A DNA stretch of 63,565 nt, filler included, from Klebsormidium nitens (lineage: Eukaryota > Plantae > Klebsormidiophyceae), in the NCBI GenBank assembly GCA_000708835.1. It is 4 parts of 4 records of this genome, joined end to end, with 100 filler letters (N's around TTAATTAATTAA, not from the genome) between each part and the next. Parts side by side here need not be neighbours in the genome. Positions count along the whole stretch, not along the records: positions 38,323 to 51,855 come from DF238065.1; positions 51,956 to 63,565 come from DF237933.1; 2 more parts are not named here. One strand, 5' to 3'. Each line of letters begins with the position of its first letter. The first letter of the stretch is position 1. Below, in pieces: positions 43,578 through 56,240 of this stretch. Below the pieces are notes generated by a model, which was given only the letters and a program-made list of their open reading frames with translations, was not told the DNA's origin and made no database searches. Made by a program: the position numbers and the translations under genes.

Positions 43578-46500
43578 ATGCCTTCGAAACGGTCAAGCTT
43601 TGGCGATCAGGGGTGCAACCCCAATCAATGTCGCGCTGTGTGCTTGATCGTCGACGACGAGAACGCCAAGTCGTCGTTCCCTCCCGAAGTCTTGAAAATG
43701 CTTCACAGAATGGGGAAGAGAATTGGTGTGAGCGCCTGGATGCTGATGGTCCCGATGACCTCATGCGCTTCCTACTTCCTGGGACCGAATGCGCTTGTGG
43801 AGGTTGATGGCGTCGACTGGAAGAGCAACCTGATCCACTGGGGCTTTTGCGTCGGTCCCAGTGGCTTTGGGAAATCGCAAGCGTACCAGAAAATCAGCAA
43901 GAACATCGACGTGGTCGAGCGAATCATCAATGACGAGATCATGGAGCACATTCTTAAGGATCTGGATCGACAGGTTTACAAAGAAGGTTCTTCCGAGTTC
44001 GAAAAGCTCATGTCCGAGATCAAGTTTCTGAAAGTCAAGATGGACGGCGCGGTGAGTGGACTTTTGAGCCCCGCTCACAACGCTCTCATGGAATGCTTTC
44101 GATCTCATGCAAGGCAGTCACTGCATCGTGATGTTTCTCTGCAGATCGTTCGTTCAAGACCTGATTGTTTCACTTGAACATTATTACTATTCATCAGTCA
44201 TTCATTGCGGTATACAAATTGGTCGCTAAATAAGTTGCATCGTTGCGTTTCTCCGCATTTTCGTTTAGGACAGCTGACTCAATGCTTTCTTTGACTAGTC
44301 TGATCATTCATCAATCACATTCATTGCGGTACACATTCAATAGTTGAATTGCTCTAACATTCTAGGAGCCAGGGATCGCGTGCAGTCATCTGTGCAGTGA
44401 CGTCATCGCCGTCAGCATTCGACTATATAATTCCGCAAGTTCGTGTTGCTGAAGGCATGCTTTTGAAACGTACTGAACATTTGACTTTGAAGATGACAAT
44501 TCAGAGGCGGGATACAAAGCTTGCATTTCTCATCAAAATTATGAGGTGCACGTAGATCGAGGTATGCCACGTCATTCCTTCTGAGTTTTGACTAGTTCTT
44601 CAGCAAGAAAGCACTGCAAAGTAGCTTGATCCCGTTATGTCTATCTACCATACGTCTCCTTAACAAAACGTGCTGTTTCTGCAGGTTAACTTCGAACGCC
44701 TGTTCCAGATGCTCCTCGCTGCTCGTGATCATTCGGGAATGCTCCTCTTCGAATAAGCTCATCAATTCTTCGAGATGCTCGACGCCTACAAGAAGGGCAA
44801 CTCAGACCGGGTTAGAGCTCTGCAGCTGAAGGGAGGAAGCGCGTGGACCCGTGAGCTTGTCGACGATAAGTGTGAGAGCAAGACGTGCGAGTACACGCAC
44901 GTTTGCATCGGCGGCTTCACGCAGCCTGAGCCCCTGCACAGAGAGATTAGCAAGACACCGAACGACGGGCTCATGAACCGGTACCAGACGGCGTTCCCCC
45001 CGCCAGAGTTCCCTGACTTCAGTGAGTTGCTCGAGTGACAGTTTCGAATCCGACCTGTTTGACGATCAAACAATGTGTCGAATGTTTAAACTCCCAAGAT
45101 GTTTTCTCAAACTTGTCTTTGGTATCGTTGCTTTGATCCATCGGAAAGATTCCAAAATCCTTCGTAAGTGCGAAAATCTGAGCATGTTCGAAAATTCGTG
45201 CAGGCCAGCTATGCATCGGTTCTGATGAGCAACAAGTAGTCGACGAAGACAACGACCTGATGCAGAAGGTGCGATTAGAAGCTCGTATCAACGTATCAGT
45301 GCCTCGCTCTCGTCACGTGGCTTGTTTGTCAACAAAAGTATAGAACTCGTTTGCCCTATCTCCTTTGATGCGAATGACTGCCTGCAGCTGAAAGGATCCG
45401 TGTCGTGATGTGCAGCTGATGTACCGATTGTACTGGCTGACGCACAGCTTGGACGAGGACAAGGGCAAGACCATCTTCAAGCTGACAGGAGCTGCTCGTG
45501 ACGTGTTTGGCCAGGGGTTTGACAGCATTCAGGCAGTTCTTCGGCAGCTGTATGACAAAGACTTGCTGCACAAGGCTGGTAAGCGCGACTTCCTACTCCA
45601 AAGTAGGAGGTAATGTAACCTAGCGTCTGAAAAAATCCCCGTGAGCAGCCTACGTTCCACTTCGAATGGCTTCTGTGTCCATTTTCGAATCTCGATAGGG
45701 TAAAGCGGACAGGGAGAATGCACTTCTGGGAGCGGACGCGCAGGATCTCAGAAAGCGAAAGAAAACAAAGCTTCAAGCATACACTTTTTGTGCAGGGATC
45801 ATCTCGAAAACCAAGGGCGAGGTGCTCCAGATCTCCGCAATCTTCAGGGCGATGAGCCTGGTTCTTGAGCCGTCTTACCTGACCCAAGGGGAGCAGCCCG
45901 AGTCCCTCCTGATCACCGAAGACGACGTCCGGCAGGCGTGGAACTTCGTCAACCTTACAACAAGGCAGCGCATCGAGTTTGAGAATGACAAGGAGGTGAT
46001 CAAGGTCTGCAGCAAGGTCCTGGGGTGGAAGCCGCTCGGTCTCCGAGTCGAAGAAGATGAAGAGGAGGACGACGATGACGAAGAAGATGACAACACCAAC
46101 ATGGACGCACTGGTAAGCGTACACCAAGCTTGGGGCTTTCTTCCTCTCTGATGGTTTCTACTTCGCGAAAGGCAGCTACAGAGGAACCCGTTTTGTCGCA
46201 GTTTCATTTGCTTTTCGTGCTCTAAAAGCCGATCTGCGACTTTCTAGGAAGAAGCCTTAATCGAGCGCGCTTTTTGCAGAGCCCCCTCGACCGAACCGCA
46301 AAGAGGCTCTTCAAAACATTCCGGGACGAGACGATCAGCCGCATCGAGGTGTCCAGAAAGAGAACCTTTGGCAACAACAACCAGATCATGGACGTGCTCA
46401 ACTACATCTCTTCAAAGGACGACAACGGGGTGCACTACTTCGGGTCGGTGGAGGAGACGGTCAAAGGGCAGATCAGCAAATTGAAGCAAGAGGTCTTCAG

Positions 46501-46612
46501 CAAGCTCATCCCGAAGTCCGAGGAGGAGAACATCGACCTGATCAACAATCTGAGCCGCATTGGAATGACCTTGGACGCGTTTCTGCCATCACGCGCCCGG
46601 AAGAACATGTAA
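43578..46612 (+). pseudogene. DUF3987/YfjI-type AAA+ helicase-like protein, multi-exon, with a nonsense codon in Walker B
   Basis: VGPSGFGKSQA (Walker A); MLLFE*AHQFF (TAA 44754-44756 where Glu is expected); IGGFTQP, DGLMNRY, ISKTKGEVLQISAI, ITEDDVRQAW. Introns e.g. 44052-44684. Confidence 0.78.
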
Positions 46613-46660
46613 GTCGCGAAAGCTCTGGAAGATCCGTAGCCACTTTTCCGTCTGACGAAT

Positions 46661-49600
46661 TCAAGTGCGACTCGTCTGAAGTTCCTTGTAAATCATCTCG
46701 CGTGAAGAAGCTTGGACTGAATCGGTCCTACCGAATCTAATCGCTTCTTTTGGGATCCTGTCCAGGAAAAAAGGCTCTCCTAACAACTCCGACAACTCGG
46801 ACCCGGGCAACACTTCTTCCCATGCTTCAGACGGCCAAGAGTTGGAAATGGAGGAGGCGTAGAGAAGTAGATTCGTTACCTGACAGGGCTGCTTAGTTGC
46901 TGTAGACGTAGCTTCTTGGAGTCGGTTCTGGGTCGCTGCATGGGCCGCCTCGAGAGCCCGGAGCTGCCTCTGCTGCTCTGCATCTCGTCGTAGATGGTCG
47001 AGCTTCGTGATCACCAGGATCATGAAGCGAAACCTATGCTCGGACATGTACCTGAGGCAAAGTAGACAGAGCTTTGTAGATGTTGAAGCAGAGAAGACAG
47101 AGCCTCCTAAGTGCTGCCAGGCTGCGATGTGATCTCGACTTTGCTGAAACGATTCTATGTAGGCTTCGAAGCATTTGGACTACAGTCGACTGTGCTTAAC
47201 ATATGTTTCTAGCCAGAGATTGTACGATGAACATTGTCAGGTTGCTGAGGACCATTGACTGTCGACGAGTTCTCTTACCTGAGCGATGTTCTGAATTGGC
47301 CCCACCACTTGAACCTCTGTTCACACACCGACATGTTTGCAGTTTCGAGTTCTGGATGCTTGTACGGGTTCGTGTTCGCTGCGCACCACCGCCCCACATG
47401 GTTCTTCTTGAAGTGAAACTTGTCGACTGCAGAGGGCACAGGGAAGCTGATGTCAGTACTGCACTGCATAATGAATATACTGTGGGCGCAAACTGAGATT
47501 AAGTATACTAGTCTGGGATTGGTGAAGAGTGGGGCGCACTGGAAATGTATGCAATCGCGTAAAAACGTGTCCCGCACAAGCTGTCTTTGCGTACAGAAAA
47601 GACAGTATTGCAGCCGGAGTTGGTGTCCGCGCATCTTGTGATTACGAGTTCATCCTGTGTGACGCCTGTTCATGCTTGACAGAAGCCCGCGCGCTGCCTT
47701 CTACAAGCAGCGTCTCTCTCAGGGGGGTTCTAAACAGGGCCATTTCGCCCCCCCCCCCGAAGGTTCACGGAGGAAAACGCCCGTTCTGCGTCGCGGCAAG
47801 TTCGAACTTGAGAGCAAACGTAATGGAGGTGCCGTCTGCGAACGAGAAAAAGCCTTACCGACTTTCTTCGTGTCTTCGTGAAACTCGCGGGTTTTGTCGC
47901 TCATCGCAGTTCGCCCCCCGCTTGCTGCAAACCGTGCCCAGTGGCACATGTCGTCCATGCCTATGAACTCGGGCAGGCGCACATGCGCAAACAGGAGCAT
48001 CATGTAGTGGTGCACCTGCAATCAGGAGGAAAGACGAAAGGTATCACCTGGTGGAAGGGGGGGTCAAGCGTATCATCGGCTGACTGCGAATCTAAGATCG
48101 TACGGACGTCCAAAACCTGAGAACTAGGCACAGCGGCTACGGATGTCACGCCAGGAGGACACGAAGAGGGGCCGCCCGGAAAAAGGGGCTGAAAAGCTTC
48201 TCGGGACGCTCCTCGTTTTAATCAGCCGTTTATACGTCTGGACACGGAGCTCGGCGTTGAAGTGAGCACGAAGGAGCTCGATTCTAGGACTTATGTTTTG
48301 GTAGGAACGACAGAGGGAACATTACGTTACTCACCATCGTAGTGGACTCCGAAAGGATCAACTCCAGGGGGGGGAACATGTAGCCGCACGCCCAGAAGGC
48401 GACCAGCGTGCCGGCTGTCACGCCGCGTCCGTCCGAGCTCGTGCGCGGGGTGCAGGCTGTCAGCTTGGTCTTGCGGGGCGGCTTCTCGGCATCCGATTCC
48501 GGTGCGGGATCTGGTAGCTGGTCCTCCCGGTCGCGCGTGTAGAAGTCCCCTGCGGCGTAGTGTTTGTAGAACATCAGAGCCGCAAGCTGCGGCGCCACTT
48601 CAGAGCAAACGGTCGGCTCAAATCAATGCAGAAGCGTCGCATCGGAAAGAAAGACATGCTGCCCCAGAAAGGGAAGTTCAACTTCACGGCCCCTGAGGCT
48701 GACGTTGCTGCTGTGCATGTTCCAGATGCGATAAACCCTGCATTCTTGAAGAGCTTCGATGCTGGATGGAGAACGGTGCTTCACCTTGGGGCTGCGAGCG
48801 CAGGTACTCGTCCAAGAGGCCCCTGCCGAAGACAGTCACGTTCTCCTCAGGCTCCCACGTGTTCTCAGCGGCCGGGCAGCCCTTCCACTTGACCAAGTAG
48901 ATCGGTACCTATAGAGAGAGTGGGATAAAGAGTATCTAAAGCACGCTGATCCTTGCAAGAAAGAATGCTCCGGTCCAGTCTTTGTGCTTGAAATTAGGCC
49001 TTCCAGATCCAATAACATGCAACGTTTGAGCAACACGATCATCCTCGGGCCTTTGAGTGCGCAGACCCTAAAACCTTGCGTGCACGATTAGGCAGGCCCT
49101 GGGAGAACTTGGTGAGGAGCTGAAGACATGGCAACGCAGCTCGTTCTTCAAGTTACTGGCAGGAACCCTAAACATTGAGCGGTTGATTTGTCCAAGTGCA
49201 GACGTTTATTTGGACTCTGCTTGCTGAGAAGGAGGGGAACATCAGAGCGCTCTCTGAACCTGGCATGGCGGTGGCACCAAGTTCTGCATGCAAGTGGGTT
49301 CTGAATTCCTACGATAAGGGAAACATAGCTTACCCCATTTTTTAGCATGCTCATCTCTATTCGTTCAGCCTCGTACAGCGAGTCATCCTGCTCCAGCAGC
49401 TGCCTGGTCCTGCGCGTCCGTAGAGAAACTGGGCCAGCGTCCAGATCCCATTTCTCAGCGGATGCAGCGGAACCCTGGAGCCCTGACCCCCCCCCGCCTG
49501 AAGCCCCACCGTCCTCTTCGTCGCCCCCCCCTTCGTCTTCTGGCTCTTCCTCCTCCTCGTCGTACTCGCCGTCACTGTCGAGATCTCGTAGATCGATTTC

Positions 49601-51318
49601 TTCCACATCGCCCGCCGCAGGCTCATCAATCCGACTCTCCCCTTCTCCTCCCCGCACTCCTTCCGGATTCTCTGGCCGGCTTTCCGCACCGCCCTGCACT
49701 TCCGCAGTTCCAGCTGGCACTCCTGCATGATGCAGGCGACAGCGCTTCTTGTTTTTCAGGGGGGTTCTGGGGCAACCCTTCACAACCCGACCGATTGCAG
49801 TCTCGAAAAGCTCTGAATCCTTCTCTGCGCAGCAAGCTCGAAACACTTTGGCATTGCCGTCAAAGTGGCAGTACCTCCCGCAGAGCTCATTCTCACACTT
49901 CTTGCTGTGCTCGAGTGCCTCATCACGCAGGTGACACCAGAAAGGATCGTTGAGACTGCAGAGGACGCTGTCGATGGGCTCTCGCAAATCTATTGTGCCT
50001 AGCAAGGATGGGCAATGCTTCTGGCAGAACCGCACAGCCCAGAAGTGCAAATATGCATGCTCAAAGCGCTCCCTGTTCAAACTCCCTCTGAGCGACCGCC
50101 TCCGCCGCAGCCGCTGGAGAGCTGCCCCAGGCTCTTCCGAGAAGCGATCCAGGCCAAAGGACGCATTGTGGGCATGAACAGCAGAGACAAAGCTTGCGTG
50201 CATGTAATACCTGCAGAAATGCAAGGGCAAAGCCCGAGATCAGCAGACTGGCCAGGAGACGGATATGTGCGTGCATGCAGGTCGAACGCAATCTCCCTGG
50301 AGTAAGGCATTCTGCACAGACCCACCATCCTGCCATGTTCCTTATCAGAACGGATGACCTGAGACCTGCGACCCAACTGCCTTTTTTGTTGTTTCGACGA
50401 TGTTCAGAGACACGAGATTTGATTGTGCACCTGAGAACAATGTCGCAGAAGCTAGAGCATAGTTTATTGAGCAAGCCAGAATAAACTTCATGTCCTGTTA
50501 AGAGCAATCGCAACTAGATCAGCATGGAATATACAATGCCGCGGCAATGCTGAGATGAATGTAAGACAGACTCGGCAGGCTAAGAAGCATTCAGCAATCT
50601 ACTTGGGGAGAAGCACTTACAGATTGTGGTCGTGGTGTCGGAGAAGCTGCTTGCTGATGACCGTCTCTCCAGACAGCTCTAGCCAGTCGCTATTGTCGTG
50701 CGCAGCAGCGTACGGCCGCCGTGCCTGCGAGGCTGGTGGGCAGAATTAGCTGACAGAGAAGATCGCCTTGCACCCAGGACAGAACTTCTCTTGCACGAGC
50801 CCTTTGCCAGGCGGGCCGTCGTGAGGAAAGAAGAATGGCCGTCTGGGCTTTGCCTCAAGTACCCACTCGAGCTGCTCGGAACACAGAAAGCACCTTGTTG
50901 GCTTCGGGAAAGCAACGAAGAGCAGGGACTCCCTCCGTGCAATCTCCTCAACTGATGGGCGTCTTACGCCCGGAAGAAAAGACAGATCTGCTGAAGCACA
51001 CCTCAGTTTGTCAATGACGTTCTTCACAACCACCCTGTCGACGTGGCTGCTTGGCGACAGGGTGGTGTTCACGATAGAAGCGATGAGCTCTGCCCGATGA
51101 GGAAAGGACTGAGGGAAGAGCTTCAGGCAGTCTAAGAGCAGGACAAAGCTCATTAGGCACAGGGGGGCTGCGAGGTTGTCGATCCTGCCGGCTGCTTCCT
51201 CTGCCGGGTCCTCATTTGGCCTCTTCTGCTTCTTAGAAGACATGTTCACTGCATGCAGAGCAACTGGGGGGACCGGGGGGGGGTGGCTATCGTGAAAGAC
51301 GCTGCTACCCAACCTCAA
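46661..51318 (-). mobile_element. KDZ (Kyakuja-like) transposase gene with CxC5 and CxC6 clusters and an internal chromodomain; multi-exon; in-frame TAA at 50746-50748
   Basis: PTRCFLCSEQL..FCPGC (CxC5); HSKKCENELC..DGNAKVFRACC..GCPRTP..CRLH (CxC6-like); YLVKWKGCPAAENTWEPEENV (chromo); TAGTLVAFWACG..ELILSES, IGMDDMCH, VDKFHFKKNH..C..NP..NMSVCEQRFKW (KDZ core). Confidence 0.85.
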
Positions 51319-51465
51319 CCACCATTGTTCTTCTCTTGGTTGGTATACTTTGACCTTTCTCTTCAGGGCTGCGCTCTTAGCAGCTGTACATGCAAAGCAA
51401 CTGGGGGGACCGGGGGGGGGTGGCTATCGTGAAAGACGCTGCGAATCAACCTAAACCACCATTGG
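51250..51465. repeat. Tandem duplication of about 135 bp at the 5' end of the KDZ gene
   Basis: catgca.agcaactggggggaccgggggggg(g)tggctatcgtgaaagacgctgc..caacct.aaccaccatt twice. Confidence 0.85.
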
Positions 51466-51558
51466 CATTGCTCTCCGGCCTGCCCCTGAAGGACGCCATC
51501 TCTCTCCTCCTTTCCTTCAACTTCAACTTTACCTCTGAAAGCTGATGCAAGATGGGGA

Positions 51559-51855
51559 ATGAGTGGAATGTGGCGGATGAAGGGGGTGAAACCCGGGTAT
51601 AGGGACCCCCCCGCCCGGGCATGAGTGGAATGAGGCGGATGAAGGGGGTGAAACCCGGGTATAGGGACCCTCCCGCCCGGGCATGAGTGAAATGAGGCGG
51701 ATGAACACGATGAAACCGGGGTATAGGGGGGGACCCGGGCATGAGCATAATGAGGCGGATGAAGGGGGTGAAACGGGGGTCAAGGGACCCCCGCCCGGGC
51801 ATGAGTGGAATGAGGCGGATGAAGGGGGTGAAACCCGGGTATAGGGACCCCCCCG
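51559..51855. repeat. Minisatellite of about 60 bp (5 units, running into the linker)
   Basis: atgagtggaatgaggcggatgaagggggtgaaacccgggtatagggaccccccgcccgggc units starting at 51559, 51621, 51683, 51741 and 51801. Confidence 0.95.
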
Positions 51856-52475
51856 NNNNNNNNNNNNNNNNNNNNNNNNNNNNNNNNNNNNNNNNNNNNT
51901 TAATTAATTAANNNNNNNNNNNNNNNNNNNNNNNNNNNNNNNNNNNNNNNNNNNNATAGCAACAAATGCGGGTTCATAGTGCATGTACTTAGTCCTACCC
52001 CATGCAGCTAGTGACATATTTGCAAACGGACTTCTGCATGATGGTCATGGATCTAGCATCTGGCACGACCGCTGATATGGCCGACAACCAGGTTCACATT
52101 TGCACCTGTTGCCATCATAGTACGTGGCCCTGCAGTGCATGTTCAATCGTTGCCATCAATGATCTGGGGGCATTGTCCCGGACCCTTCTTAGGCCGAGGG
52201 GGTCCTGCAGCGAAAACTGCTTGTTTTGCCAACTTTTCGTGTGCCTCGATTTGCTCTAGCATGTTGCAGTGTCATAAGTTGAGGGGCCTCCAAACATGCC
52301 TTTCAACGCCCCCAACCACCTCGAAAAAACGGATTGCAAATCCATGAACTCTACATCAAGTTTTAGGGTTTTGAACATGCTCCCACTGTCGAATACCGTC
52401 CTACCACCTTCATTTGTCAACGTCAGCAGAAAGTTGAAGCATAGCAATGTAGCAAAGCCACAAAGCTTATGCAGC

Positions 52476-55400
52476 ATGACGCTGCATGTGGGTGCCCGTT
52501 GGGTTGGATTGAGCAGGGTGATCTTTCAGGCCTGCAGGCCCTCTAGCATTGCTTCCTCGGACATAACATGCCCACTTATGGGGGCAGAGGCCAATGGGAC
52601 CGTCCAAACAGTTGGTGAATGCGCTGTAGGCGGTCGCCAGCAGCTACCTAATCATAAGAATGGCTTTTCATTTGCATTCCTGGCAGCACCTAGACTGCCT
52701 GCCAGCAACTTTGTAAATCCTCCTGGAGGCATACCTGGTGCGCACTTTCGCACTTTTGGGGAAAGTGCTCTGAAAGCTTCAAAAAAGGAGGAGGACGACG
52801 GGGTCACTGAGGAAGAAGGGGCACGGAGTTCGAAAAGGGCAATCAATGAGAAAGATGGGGGAGTGAGGAAACCCGTCTGGAGGCCGAATGAATGGAGGGA
52901 GGAGAGAAGACTCAGGCTGGGGCTCTTACGAAACTTGAGAGTGTGGCCCCCAGATGAAGACTTGGACAAGAAGCTGCCAAACGCAACAATCGGTGGGAAA
53001 CTGATCAGTGCTGGATCATTGAGAGCTACTCTTTACAGTCTTGCAAAAGGCCCAATAGCAGATCCCACGTGGGACAAGAGCACCGCCCTTTATAAGGAAG
53101 CCAAACAGGAGGCTGTCCAAGCTGTCCGGGGAAGCAAGTTTCTTTGCAGCGAAGAGGATGCACTGCGAGCTCTAAATGCACTCGAATGGTGGCTGTCTAG
53201 GAATCCCAAGGACCCGAGCAAATGCGTCGACATGTTGTTTAGTCCCGTGTTGCACGCACTTGCGGCAGCCCGGCGGACTGATGCAATCTCTAGACTATGG
53301 GACAGGTAAGGCCTTGTAAACGCTTGGTATGTAGAACTCTGGTTGAAGCACATTTGCTTCGGAAATTGACAATGTATCGGATATTCTCACCTAACTTTTT
53401 CCTCTCTCGACTGCCGTGTAAAGCGGTCTGCACCTTGCATGTATAGATTCGTAGCTACTGCTGTAAAGATCTTAGCTGAAGGTTGCCAAAACCCTAGTAA
53501 GGGCACTGTGTTGCCCCTAACAAGCATTTCCTCAAACTTTGAGGTCTCTTTTTGAGAAACATCAAAAAGCCTGAGGTCTGCCCTTACTACTTGGTGGCAT
53601 ATCAGACCACTTAGTTGAATTCTTCCTGGGATTGGAGGAATGCTCAGCCGGTCAGTTTGAAAAGCGCGACTGCCTTCTCCAGATATGATTTCTCTTGTTG
53701 CCTTCATCAATGTGGGCGCAAAAACTGTCACTGAGTTTAAATGTCTGATTTGCTTCTTTTGTTCCACCTAGGCACTGCTACCGCGGTGAAGGAAATGACC
53801 GGTTCGTTCCCGTCTTCCTCGCCGCCTGCCTTCTTGCCAACATGTTCGGACAACTCCTTACAATGTACAAACAAGCCGAAGAAAATGGTTGGCGTATGCC
53901 CGTACAGACCGTGAACATAGTGATCAAGGCGATGGCCGCACAAGGGTGCTCGTGTAGCGAAATCTGGGAGTTTCACAAGAGTTGGTTTGAGAAGACGGGG
54001 ATGAGGCCTCAGTGGCCCACGTTGGTAACCCTTCTAACCTCTGGGGTGACGGTAGAGGAGATTCAAAGCCTACACTGTGAAGATTCACTGTTTGACGCGT
54101 ATGTGCTGATCCGCGCACTTGCTGAGCTGGGCCGAGCAAACGAGGCGCAGAAAATTGTGCGGCACATCTTGGGATCGCAAGATTGCACCAGACCAATGCC
54201 CACCATCGCAGTTATCTCTCTCCTTAGGCTGTTTATACAATCTGGGTTTCAAGCGGAAGCTGAGAGGTTGGCAGATCAACAAGAGCGGCTAGGCTTGCGA
54301 CTAGGAGCGGCAATGTACTTCTATTTGAAAACAGTAAAGAAGCCGGGGAAAGCGCTTGAAACATACCAAACATTGGAGGCGATTGAGGGGTCCCACCGCC
54401 AAAGCCTGGCAGTGCTAGCGGTGCTCATCAGGAGGTGCTACGAGGACCTCCACCTGACCAAGGCAATGTATCATGTAAGCTTTTCCATTTTGAGCATTAT
54501 CCTGATCCCTTCTTCCTACCTCTGGTACTTTCAAGGGCTTAAGACATTCTGCTTAGTGCTTTCTCCTTCTTTCTGGGGAAGACGATCCGAGCAGTCCTCC
54601 CTGGTCTGGACGGGCCCCAGAGCGGGTCGTTTAGGCAACTTCCAGCCTTTTCATAAGAATGTAAGCATTCTTAAGTGCCTCACCCAAAGCTGACGGAATG
54701 AAATCAAGTCACGATGCGCTTCAGGTTTGGTGGTACAAAGGTGCAATGTCTCAAGGGCTTTTGAGGTTTCCTCTTGCGTTTTGTCTGGTTACATCTCTTA
54801 AGGTCCCGGTTGCAAATGTCAAGGCCATGCTTGCATACTTGTTGATTTGTCAATTCTGTCACTTGCAAGAGAGCCCGTTTTAAGCTCGCTAAGCCTTGCT
54901 TCCTGTCTCGTCTTCCATCTTCTCAGCGAACTAAAAAATGGTGCATCTTTTACAGTACTGAGCATACGCATTCACGAATCGTTTCTTTTTCTCGAACCTG
55001 GCTGGTCTCAAACCAGACGGCTCCTTTCTGTTGTCCCCTGCATCCTTGCATCCAGCTTCTTGCTATCCATGAAAGTAGTTTTTAGAAGAAGTCGGCAAGA
55101 GCATCTTCACAACTCCCTTTGAATTGCCTGCTTGAGGCCCGTATCTTGATATGCAGCTGCTTTTAGGTGGAAGCAGCAACTGTACACTGCGAATCACCGA
55201 TGATGGGAATGCTCAGTTGACCTCTTCAGCGCAATTGCCGTGATCTACCTAGTCTGGACGGAAAGTGTCGCTCCAATCTAGCAAGGTATCATGAGTTTTC
55301 TAGATCAACCTTTTTTCTCACCCGTTGTCTAAACCACGCAGGCATATCTGGTCGGCAGGGGATTGGAGGGCGAATTTACCCCACCCGTCTTTGCCGACCT

Positions 55401-56240
55401 GGTTGAACGGTTGGCTCAAAAGGACCGGGCTGCTGAAGCCGAGGGTGTGCTGGCAGACTACTTCCAGGCGCGGCACAAGTTGCGCAGCGGCAACTACCTG
55501 GCAGAGCGGGCTTTCGAAGAGTACGATAATGCTGCCCTTCTCTTTTGAGACCTTCATTACCTGGGCTGCTGCTTTTTAATAAGGTTTCCTAGGTTAGGAC
55601 GGTCAACATCTATTTAGGTAAGTACTTTTGAATGGATGATGTTTACTAAGAGCGTATCAATCTTTTTGTACCGGGGCGGATACCTTTGCGCGTGTATGCG
55701 AAACATCTAATCGACGTCCCAAGTCGAAAGTACCGGAATGGTAGCACCATTTCCAGCTACTGTTGTTAAGGGTTCCTTTTCTCGACGCTCACTTTGTGAA
55801 AGCCGGATTGTTAGCAGGGGCCTTATCCAGTCTGCTAACCGATGTTGTGAGGCGCAGAGATTGACTTCCTGCCTGTCTTGTTGCTTCGCAGATTGGCGGC
55901 TATGTATTTGAAATTCCAACAACCACAAAAACTGGTGGGACTAGTCAGGAACATGCTCACGCAAAGATACTTCGTCAGCAATACGCTCCTGATGAGCTGG
56001 GTGCGTCAGCTAAAAGCTGGCGACCACAGAGCGGAGGCAGAGGAGATGCTGGTCGCCGAAAGCGAGATGGCTCATTTACGGCGAGAGTGGACAAAGATCA
56101 ATAGAAACGTAGACCGGAGGGGTGAGAAAAAAGACCAAAAGCGGGGGAGCGAAGTTGGGGTGGACATTGAGGAATCCGAGGGGACGTCCAAAGAAGAGGG
56201 ACGGGGGGGAGCGGACGCACTAGTTGCAGAAAGAAGGTGA
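52476..56240 (+). CDS. Host multi-exon helical-repeat (PPR-like) protein with a possible organellar targeting N-terminus
   Basis: Degenerate PPR-like units (VNIVIKAMAAQG..EIWE, YVLIRALAELGRANEAQKIV, VISLLRLFIQSGFQAEAERL, FADLVERLAQKDRAAEAEGV, SNTLLMSWVRQ..RAEAEEML); GT-AG-bounded exons. Confidence 0.6.

Noticed and set aside
17591-50748. TAA/TAG reassignment to Gln (as in some ulvophytes) explaining in-frame stops
   Set aside because: Intact genes end in TAA/TAG (patatin, MYND), and the expected residues at the lesions differ (Glu at Walker B, probably Tyr in CxC5).
53387-53767. 126-aa minus-strand ORF within the PPR-like gene's intron
   Set aside because: No motif or coding bias recognised.
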